Virus record (IMG/VR): IMGVR_UViG_3300034760_000017
Coordinates: 1-38,071 of that record
Reading direction: 5' to 3' (one strand)
DNA: 38,071 bases
From: a virus
This document shows, piece after piece, positions 9,675 to 14,780 of the stretch. The number at the start of each line of letters is the position of its first letter. The first letter of the stretch is position 1. The notes below the pieces were generated by a model. That model worked only from the letters and a program-made list of their open reading frames with translations. It searched no databases and was not told where the DNA came from. A program made the translations under genes and the position numbers.

Positions 9675-10055
9675 CTACGACTTGTTGTCGGCGTGCGCCT
9701 TGGCGACTGCCTGCTTCTGTATCGTCTTCAGGTCAAGCCCTTCCCGGTTCGCGGCGGCGTTCAGCCTGCCCTCCTTCTCGCCCTCCGCCTCCTCCGGGTC
9801 GTCGGCGCTTGCCCCCTTCGCCTGGTGCTCGGCCTCGGCCATCTCGTCCTGCAGGCGCTTCACCTCGTCGGACTGCGGCTGGGGGACGTCCTGCGCCCGT
9901 TCCTGGGCCAGCGGGTTCTCGCCGTTCTGGGCGATGAACTTCTTGCGCTCGTCGTCGGCTGATACGTCAGCGCTGCCCTGCCGGTTGTCCAGGTCCTTGG
10001 GGTCGGTGTCGGGCTTGTCGCTGTCGTTCATGCTGTCGGTGGTCTGTACTGCCAT
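9675..10055 (-). CDS. Acidic hypothetical protein, 126 aa
   Basis: ATG preceded by AACAGGAGACACCGAT. First gene after the 10.06-10.39 kb control region. Confidence 0.75.
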   Translation of the reverse strand: MAVQTTDSMNDSDKPDTDPKDLDNRQGSADVSADDERKKFIAQNGENPLAQERAQDVPQPQSDEVKRLQDEMAEAEHQAKGASADDPEEAEGEKEGRLNAAANREGLDLKTIQKQAVAKAHADNKS

Positions 10056-10194
10056 ATCGGTGTCTCCTGTTTAATCCAGCCAGTATAGCCGACTATTGAT
10101 AGTGAGGCAGTGAAATATCCTAGTCATTCAACTTGGCAAAGTCACCGTACTTCTCTATCGCCGCTTGATAGCAAAATACGAACAAATGTACAAT

Positions 10195-10249
10195 GATATA
10201 ACATAATACTATTGACAATATACATTATGTGTAGTATTATGTATATATC
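10195..10249. repeat. Imperfect 17/18-nt inverted repeat (operator-like palindrome) around a promoter
   Basis: gatataacataatacta (10195-10211) versus the reverse complement of tagtattatgtatatatc (10232-10249). One 1-nt indel, 20-bp spacer containing TTGACA. Confidence 0.8.
10212..10240 (+). promoter_or_regulatory. Sigma70-type promoter TTGACA-N17-TATTAT
   Basis: TTGACA 10212-10217, 17-nt spacer, TATTAT 10235-10240, in an AT-rich ORF-free region. Confidence 0.6.
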
Positions 10250-10387
10250 ATCAAACGATGATGATAAGCCTGCAGGGAATGTTCAGACATCTAAGCCTCG
10301 AAACTTAGTCGCCTCAATAAGCGTTAAACGGCCTAACCTCCCATGAAGAAGCTACCTGTCAGCCCTCCCTTACCGGAGGGCTTTTTC
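10247..10387 (+). ncRNA. Candidate ~140-nt small RNA, opposite in orientation to all flanking genes
   Basis: Runs from the promoter at 10212-10240 to the terminator at 10361-10387. Internal hairpins ATCATC/GATGAT (10247-10262) and CTAAG/CTTAG (10291-10308). No SD-led ORF. Confidence 0.4.
10361..10387 (+). terminator. Intrinsic terminator (plus-strand polarity)
   Basis: agccctcc / ggagggct 8-bp stem, 6-nt loop, then ttttt. The minus-strand reading lacks a U-tract. Confidence 0.65.
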
Positions 10388-10638
10388 TATGCCTTGTCAC
10401 GCTTCGCCTCCAGTTCCAGCAATGTCCGCTGCGCGATCTCGATCGTCCTGTCCGTCCGTTCCAGCTCCTCGGCCGCCCCAGGTTTCTTCAGTATGACGGA
10501 TTGCATCAATGAGTTGCGCTGCTGACGCATGTCCGTGATGTCTGAGACGTATTTGTGGAACTGGTCGTCACTGGTTGCGTTTTTGGGTTTGCGGCCGTCC
10601 TGGGGCTTCTGTGTGCGTCTGAATGGCCAGAGATTCAT
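10387..10638 (-). CDS. Hypothetical protein, 83 aa (basic N-terminus, coiled-coil C-terminus)
   Basis: ATGA overlap with the upstream gene. Last gene of the early-left chain. Confidence 0.7.
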   Translation of the reverse strand: MNLWPFRRTQKPQDGRKPKNATSDDQFHKYVSDITDMRQQRNSLMQSVILKKPGAAEELERTDRTIEIAQRTLLELEAKRDKA

Positions 10639-10892
10639 CGCTTAGGCTCCGTGCTTCTAGCGTTCCTGACACCCCGGTGGTGCCGTACAGCCTTCATAAG
10701 CCGCTGTCCTGACCGGGGTGGTGCCTTGGTGTCCAGGATTTCCCTGCCCTTCTCGTTGGGGACAGAATAGGGCAGTGAGACACACCTGTAGTTGCGGCAG
10801 TAGAACGTATCGGAGAAGAAGCCGTGTATGACGCCCATCTGGGTAGCGCAGATGACGCAATGTTGGTCTGTCGGTTCAATCATGTCGCTCAT
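10635..10892 (-). CDS. Hypothetical Cys-rich (zinc-ribbon-like) protein, 85 aa
   Basis: CVIC...CRNYRC pattern. 4-nt start/stop overlaps on both sides. Confidence 0.7.
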   Translation of the reverse strand: MSDMIEPTDQHCVICATQMGVIHGFFSDTFYCRNYRCVSLPYSVPNEKGREILDTKAPPRSGQRLMKAVRHHRGVRNARSTEPKR

Positions 10893-11167
10893 TTCCCGGC
10901 CTCCGCGCCTGTGTCCGGGGCTTCTGCCTGTAGGGACGGGGAATTGTGGGTTTTGTCCGGGCCGGTGGTCTGGGCGGGCTTGGTGAGTTTGAACCGTTCT
11001 GCCTGTGCTACGTTGACCATGACGAATTGCTCACGGGCACAGTCACATTTCTGATAGCCGCCTCCCACCATCTCCTCAGCTAACAGCACGAGCGTTACCT
11101 CGTCATCCTCGAACTCCTCGGATATATAACAGAGGTGGTCACGGTAATGACAGAATTGTGTGCTCAC
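10889..11167 (-). CDS. Hypothetical protein, 92 aa
   Basis: 4-nt start/stop overlaps on both sides. Confidence 0.7.
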   Translation of the reverse strand: MSTQFCHYRDHLCYISEEFEDDEVTLVLLAEEMVGGGYQKCDCAREQFVMVNVAQAERFKLTKPAQTTGPDKTHNSPSLQAEAPDTGAEAGK

Positions 11168-11403
11168 TGCGTCCCCTCCCCTTCAATCTCCGTAGCATCT
11201 GCGAACGTGGCGTTGGTAGCCATTGTTTTGATGATGTCCGACAGCGCCACCTTGGGCGTGCGCTTAGCGTAGTTGTCGCATTCGCCGTTGGAACAAGTCA
11301 GCCACATAGCGCTCTGTTCCGGTATCGGTGAGTGCACCGTGACCATTCGCAGTACCTCACCGCAGCCGGTACAGGTGCCCTTGGCCGTATGTATCGTGTT
11401 CAT
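11164..11403 (-). CDS. Hypothetical zinc-ribbon-like protein, 79 aa
   Basis: CTGC...CSNGEC pattern. 4-nt overlaps on both sides. Confidence 0.7.
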   Translation of the reverse strand: MNTIHTAKGTCTGCGEVLRMVTVHSPIPEQSAMWLTCSNGECDNYAKRTPKVALSDIIKTMATNATFADATEIEGEGTQ

Positions 11404-11621
11404 GCTTTGTCCCCTTCTATCCCCAGCTGCCGCCGTATGTCAGCCCTTAGCGCGTTGCAGGCGATTGCGCCCCAGCGTCCCTCCGTGCCGTCGCGGAACT
11501 GGTTGGGGTCGACGTCATTACCGATGCACCCGCTGACGTAGGCCAGTATGTCATGTTCCACGGTAGCGATGTTGACCCGCCTTTCCTTCCAGGGTTGCAG
11601 TATCTCCGTTATCCTGCTCAT
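11400..11621 (-). CDS. Hypothetical protein, 73 aa (MSRITEIL...)
   Basis: Internal ATG 11619-11621 forms an ATGA overlap with the stop of the KGG-like frame. The longer track start (11663) would overlap that frame. Confidence 0.65.
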   Translation of the reverse strand: MSRITEILQPWKERRVNIATVEHDILAYVSGCIGNDVDPNQFRDGTEGRWGAIACNALRADIRRQLGIEGDKA

Positions 11622-11932
11622 ACCTCGCCCCCCTGCCAGTAGTCCGACTCGACGATCTTCCATTTGCGCTTCCGTCCCGTCTCCCGGTGCTCGTAGTAGC
11701 GGTAGTCCTTGTCCTCGCCGAGGTACTTGTAGGCGCGTTTGCCGCGCTGTCCACCTAATTTCCCGGAGGCGCGTGCAAGTTCCGGGTTGGCGAAGTACCC
11801 GCCTGTACGGGATTTGCGGCCACCGATGGCGCCCAGCTTCTTATAAAAATCAGGATCACGTGCCAGGTTCTTGTCGCGGGCTATCTCGCCGCCAGATTTG
11901 GTTCCACCGATGGCTATACCCTCTCTTTCATG
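11618..11932 (-). CDS. KGG/YciG-like Gly-Lys repeat small protein; open frame with no ATG/GTG/TTG (start unresolved)
   Basis: 104 open codons: ...GGTKSGGEIARDKNLARDPDFYKKLGAIGGRKSRTGGYFANPELARASGKLGGQRGKRAYKY... TGA is ATGA-coupled to the next gene. Paralogue at 13284-13484. Absent from the ORF track. Confidence 0.55.
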   Translation of the reverse strand, partial: HEREGIAIGGTKSGGEIARDKNLARDPDFYKKLGAIGGRKSRTGGYFANPELARASGKLGGQRGKRAYKYLGEDKDYRYYEHRETGRKRKWKIVESDYWQGGEV

Positions 11933-12018
11933 TTATCGCTACCCTCCACCCATGACGGCGGCTGCTTCGGGAGCATGGCCTTTATGGCTTGGTCTATACG
12001 ATCCATATCGTCGGTCAT
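11914..12018 (-). CDS. Mini-ORF, 34 codons (MTDDMDRIDQAIKAMLPKQPPSWVEGSDNMKERV), runs into the KGG-like frame
   Basis: ATG 12016-12018 is ATGA-coupled to the stop of the upstream gene. TAG at 11914-11916 lies 18 nt inside the KGG frame. Confidence 0.45.
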   Translation of the reverse strand: MTDDMDRIDQAIKAMLPKQPPSWVEGSDNMKERV

Positions 12019-12305
12019 TTGTAGCGCCTCTCGTATTCAGCATGGTCGTCCTCGGCCTTCGTAGGGGGACGCTGTACGGTCTTTGACGCATTGGCGGCCA
12101 ACTTATCAAGTATGTGCTTGTGAGCCGTCCGGTAACTGTCGGATTGCGCAGACGGAGGTAAGAAAACATCTTTGATTTTCGGTAAAAACTCGGCCTGCTT
12201 CTCGGTCGGCTCGATCTCGCCGTTCAAAGCCTGCCAGATGGTGATGCCTGTCTCGGTTGCGATGACTTTCTTACTGCCGTCGGTGAAGAACAAATACGCA
12301 CTCAC
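12015..12305 (-). CDS. Hypothetical protein, 96 aa (track alternative start at 12329)
   Basis: GTG 12303-12305 lies 8 nt after GAAGGAG and forms a GTGA overlap with the 31-codon ORF upstream. Confidence 0.65.
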   Translation of the reverse strand: MSAYLFFTDGSKKVIATETGITIWQALNGEIEPTEKQAEFLPKIKDVFLPPSAQSDSYRTAHKHILDKLAANASKTVQRPPTKAEDDHAEYERRYK

Positions 12306-12397
12306 TTGCAAGTCTCCTTCTGCCTGCACAGGATGCAGTAATCGACATTGTGGACGGCTGCATGTCCGTAGCCCTGTACGAGTTGTTGCAGGGTCAT
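12302..12397 (-). CDS. Mini-ORF, 31 aa (MTLQQLVQGYGHAAVHNVDYCILCRQKETCK)
   Basis: ATGA overlap upstream (12394-12397) and GTGA overlap downstream (12302-12305). Below the track cutoff. Confidence 0.4.
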   Translation of the reverse strand: MTLQQLVQGYGHAAVHNVDYCILCRQKETCK

Positions 12398-12513
12398 GGC
12401 CTGGCCGCCTGTATGACGCTGTGGAGCCACTCCGGGCTGTAGACCTGTTCCCAGATCGGCATGTCTTCGTTCTTGATGTAGATGGTACGGTTAGGCATAA
12501 ATTCCTCTGGCAT
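12394..12513 (-). CDS. Hypothetical protein, 39 aa (MPEEFMPNRTIYIKNEDMPIWEQ...)
   Basis: Internal ATG of track ORF 12394-12594. Overlaps the end of the upstream gene. A second ATG follows GAGGA. Confidence 0.45.
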   Translation of the reverse strand: MPEEFMPNRTIYIKNEDMPIWEQVYSPEWLHSVIQAARP

Positions 12514-12646
12514 GGTATTGGCGTATGACTGCAGCCTTTTGTTCAATGACGGACTTCTCGATCTCTTTGATTGCTTCAGCTGCCCGTTTATCAATGGCTG
12601 CGAAGGTCATCTCGATTGGCTTGAGTTCGTATAAGTCTTTGTTCAT
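12491..12646 (-). CDS. First gene of the leftward operon, 51 aa (MNKDLYELKP...), leaderless-type start
   Basis: ATG 12644-12646 lies 7 nt downstream of a TATACT box with no SD. The longer track start (12724) lies upstream of that promoter. Confidence 0.55.
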   Translation of the reverse strand: MNKDLYELKPIEMTFAAIDKRAAEAIKEIEKSVIEQKAAVIRQYHARGIYA

Positions 12647-12653
12647 ACGTATA

Positions 12654-12681
12654 AGTATACGCATATGGCCGGATAATGCAA
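12654..12681 (-). promoter_or_regulatory. Promoter TTGCAT-N16-TATACT for the leftward operon
   Basis: Minus strand: TTGCAT (12681-12676), 16-nt spacer, TATACT (12659-12654), then 7 nt to the ATG. Confidence 0.5.
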
Positions 12682-12811
12682 GCATAAAGCTTCTACCCCT
12701 GTCACAATACATTTTATTTGCCAAGCGGGAGCGCTATGGGTTATTGTTGTAGTAATACGTCTCAAGACTCTGATACTGTCTCGAACGTAGGGTATAAGGA
12801 AATGTCCCGGT

Positions 12812-12843
12812 AAAAGAAAAAAGGCCAGCTCTTACGCTGTGCC
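12812..12843 (-). terminator. Intrinsic terminator (minus-strand polarity) upstream of the leftward operon
   Basis: Minus strand: GGCACAGC-GTAAGA-GCTGGCC (7 bp plus one bulge) followed by TTTTTTCTTTT. Confidence 0.6.
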
Positions 12844-12873
12844 TTCTATCTCGGTGACTCTGATACAAGCTCT

Positions 12874-12901
12874 ATTATAACGCTACTGTCACCTTATGCA
12901 A
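12874..12901 (-). promoter_or_regulatory. Strong sigma70-type promoter TTGCAT-N16-TATAAT
   Basis: Minus strand: TTGCAT (12901-12896), 16-nt spacer, TATAAT (12879-12874). Predicted start ~12867, only ~25 nt before the terminator stem. Confidence 0.6.
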
Positions 12902-12969
12902 ATACAATTATCAAAAAAGGTTCTCAGCCCTCATGCAGACAACACTCAATCAGCCCAATCACCTGTACA

Positions 12970-12998
12970 CCACTAGCCTTCTAGGCCGGTGGTTTTTT
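12970..12998 (+). terminator. Intrinsic terminator (plus-strand polarity) inside the ORF-free region
   Basis: ccactagcc (12970-12978) pairs with ggccggtgg (12984-12992), with a 2-nt internal mismatch, then tttttt (12993-12998). Confidence 0.5.
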
Positions 12999-13023
12999 GT
13001 TGCCTCATACAAAACTGAACGGT

Positions 13024-13096
13024 TTATGTACTCCCAGGCTATGGGCAGGCACCTGTAAGCTAAACGCTACGCCTGCCATTCTTACGGAGTACATAA
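13024..13096. other. 73-nt two-tier hairpin (11-bp outer stem, 7-bp inner stem)
   Basis: ttatgtactcc (13024-13034) pairs with ggagtacataa (13086-13096). ggcaggc (13044-13050) pairs with gcctgcc (13071-13077). Symmetric 9/8-nt internal loop. Confidence 0.6.
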
Positions 13097-13218
13097 GATT
13101 AACAACCTAGATCGTGTGGAAACGGAACCCAACCACGACTGACATGGAGGTAAGTCTTGCTTACTGGCATGAAGCAGTCCACGGCCTAGCTTGTATCACC
13201 CTGATAATTAATGGAGCC

Positions 13219-13248
13219 TTGACAGACCGCTGCTTTCATTAGTAGTAG
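13219..13248 (+). promoter_or_regulatory. Possible promoter TTGACA-N18-TAGTAG for the rightward arm
   Basis: TTGACA 13219-13224. Weak -10 TAGTAG 13243-13248. 35 nt upstream of the first rightward gene. Confidence 0.35.
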
Positions 13249-13283
13249 GAAGAAGGGTCAGTGTCTAAAAATAAGGAGGTATC

Positions 13284-13484
13284 ATGGGTTCAAAAGAAGG
13301 GGCAGAGAAGGCACGCGCCAGGGCATTGGCTAAGAATCCTAATCATTTCAGGGACGCAGGCAGAAACGGCGGACTGAATGGAAATACGGGTGGATTCGCA
13401 AACAGCAAGGAGCTGGCAATACGGGCTAGCGCACTTGGACTGGCAGCACGTAGGGCTAAATCGAAGTATCGTAGAGTAGAATAG
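13284..13484 (+). CDS. KGG/YciG-like small protein, 66 aa (paralogue of 11618-11932)
   Basis: Strong SD AAGGAGG 5 nt before the ATG. ...GRNGGLNGNTGGFANSKELAIRASALG...KSKY aligns with the leftward paralogue. Confidence 0.75.
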   Translation: MGSKEGAEKARARALAKNPNHFRDAGRNGGLNGNTGGFANSKELAIRASALGLAARRAKSKYRRVE

Positions 13485-13490
13485 ATACTT

Positions 13491-13658
13491 ATGAAGCAAA
13501 ACAAATACGTCCATGTGCCGCTCCGTGTCATATCCTGGGGCGAGAAGATGAACAACGTCCGCCTGGCGCAGTCCCAGCGGATCAAGGACGACCATATAGC
13601 GAGACAGAACAGGCGCAGGCTCAAGAAGTTGTCACGGAGCAAGCCGGACAATCTGTAA
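13491..13658 (+). CDS. Possible basic protein, 55 aa (MKQNKYVHVPLRV...)
   Basis: ORF below the track cutoff, 6 nt after the upstream stop, no clear SD. Confidence 0.35.
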   Translation: MKQNKYVHVPLRVISWGEKMNNVRLAQSQRIKDDHIARQNRRRLKKLSRSKPDNL

Positions 13659-13687
13659 AAAACAAAGATACACTATCGAATTTCCTA

Positions 13688-13716
13688 TTGCAAATTAAAA
13701 TGCATACGGTTATAGT
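13688..13716 (+). promoter_or_regulatory. Sigma70-type promoter TTGCAA-N17-TATAGT
   Basis: TTGCAA 13688-13693, 17-nt spacer, TATAGT 13711-13716. Confidence 0.55.
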
Positions 13717-13722
13717 TCAGCT

Positions 13723-13911
13723 TAGAGAAGCCTGAGATAAGGTAAGAACAAAGTTAAAAGTTTGATCGAGCTCGCATAGATCAGACTTCTCATACTAAAA
13801 CAGACATCGGTGGACGGTCGGCATTAGTCTGATGACGTTATAGCCAAACACACAAATTCCGATTCGCAAGATGATGGAAAAACTAAGCCCGGACTCACCT
13901 CCGGGCTTTTT
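13723..13911 (+). ncRNA. Candidate ~190-nt small RNA
   Basis: Bounded by the promoter at 13688-13716 and the strong terminator at 13886-13911. No SD-led ORF. Internal stem TCAGACT (13781-13787) / AGTCTGA (13826-13832). Confidence 0.4.
13886..13911 (+). terminator. Intrinsic terminator, possibly bidirectional
   Basis: agcccgga / tccgggct 8-bp stem, then ttttt. An A-run upstream gives a U-run on the other strand. Confidence 0.7.
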
Positions 13912-14123
13912 CATTGGCATTAAAAGAAGGGGCCAGTCCTGTAAGACATAGCCCCTCAAGTAGCTGGCCGCCCCTCCATGTTGTGCGGGCAGGCGGCCGG
14001 GATATTTATGACTCTTATGGGAGTACTTATGGTGAGGAGCTTTGACCCGTATGTTTGGCGTAGTGTTAGCTATGCGCGGATCAACAAGTACAGGGTAGCG
14101 CAAAACGCTTGTGGTGTCCAGTA

Positions 14124-14187
14124 GCCTCCCCCGCCCCACCGGTATCAAGCGAGGTGGGGCACACGGGCGTCCCCTCATGGGGGAGGC
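14124..14187 (-). other. GC-rich nested stem structure just downstream of the stop of 14199-14648
   Basis: gcctccccc (14124-14132) pairs with gggggaggc (14179-14187) and encloses gccccacc (14133-14140) paired with ggtggggc (14153-14160). No U-tract. Confidence 0.5.
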
Positions 14188-14198
14188 ATGGGGTAGTA

Positions 14199-14648
14199 TT
14201 ATACGCCGGTCTTCGTGAGCCGGTTCACCTGACGCTTGTACGAGTCGTGCGAGACGTCCAGCAGGCCGGACTCGCTGGCCATCAGGAATATCGCGGCCTT
14301 CCGGCGCTGCGCCTGCTTCTCGGCATAGAGGTTAGTCTCGAACTGGCGGTCGAACTTACGCAGCTTGCCGTCCGCGAACCACTGGCTCAGCTTCTGGCGC
14401 GGGGTGGGGAGTTCGTAGGTTACTACAGGCGCTTCTGGGACACGTACAGGCCGTGTGGCTGGCTTTTCGGGCACTACTGGTACATTTACGGGTTTCGCAG
14501 CGTCCAGGGCTTGTACGGCCTCTGCGATTGGCTGGACGGATTCGAACGGCCCTGTAATGGTGAAGTCCGATGCTTGCCATTCGGGTTTTATGGTTAGTTC
14601 CAGGTCCTGTGCGGGATCAAGGGTTGGTTGTTCTGCTTTTCTACGCAT
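14199..14648 (-). CDS. Hypothetical protein, 149 aa; lone minus-strand gene in the rightward arm (possible regulator)
   Basis: Internal ATG 14646-14648 lies 8 nt after AAGGAA. Pro/Val-rich centre. The C-terminal AAIFLMASESGLLDVSHDSYKRQVNRL could be an HTH. Confidence 0.65.
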   Translation of the reverse strand: MRRKAEQPTLDPAQDLELTIKPEWQASDFTITGPFESVQPIAEAVQALDAAKPVNVPVVPEKPATRPVRVPEAPVVTYELPTPRQKLSQWFADGKLRKFDRQFETNLYAEKQAQRRKAAIFLMASESGLLDVSHDSYKRQVNRLTKTGV

Positions 14649-14780
14649 TGTGTTTGTTCCTTGGTTACGTTTGTGTTTTAATCGTACTGTTATATAGTAG
14701 CAAATAAACAGGGATATGTCAACCACTAGTTTACTTTAAATACATTTATGATACACTTATAGGGTAACGAAAGGAACATA

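Noticed and set aside
10343-10525. 60-aa plus-strand ORF starting inside the candidate sRNA
   Set aside because: It has no SD (the upstream sequence is cctaacctccc). It reads through the terminator hairpin and is antisense to the well-coupled 83-aa gene.
13795-14178. 127-aa minus-strand ORF in the 13.66-14.2 kb gap
   Set aside because: It runs straight through the strong bidirectional terminator at 13886-13911. It has no SD, an odd Pro/Arg/His-rich composition, and overlaps the GC-stem cluster. The region is treated as non-coding.
14649-14780. Calling the 14199/14781 divergent pair a lysogeny (CI/Cro) switch
   Set aside because: No integrase, excisionase or att-like repeat is present, and neither protein shows a recognisable CI or Cro sequence. 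Only the topology is suggestive, so it is reported as a hypothesis rather than a feature.
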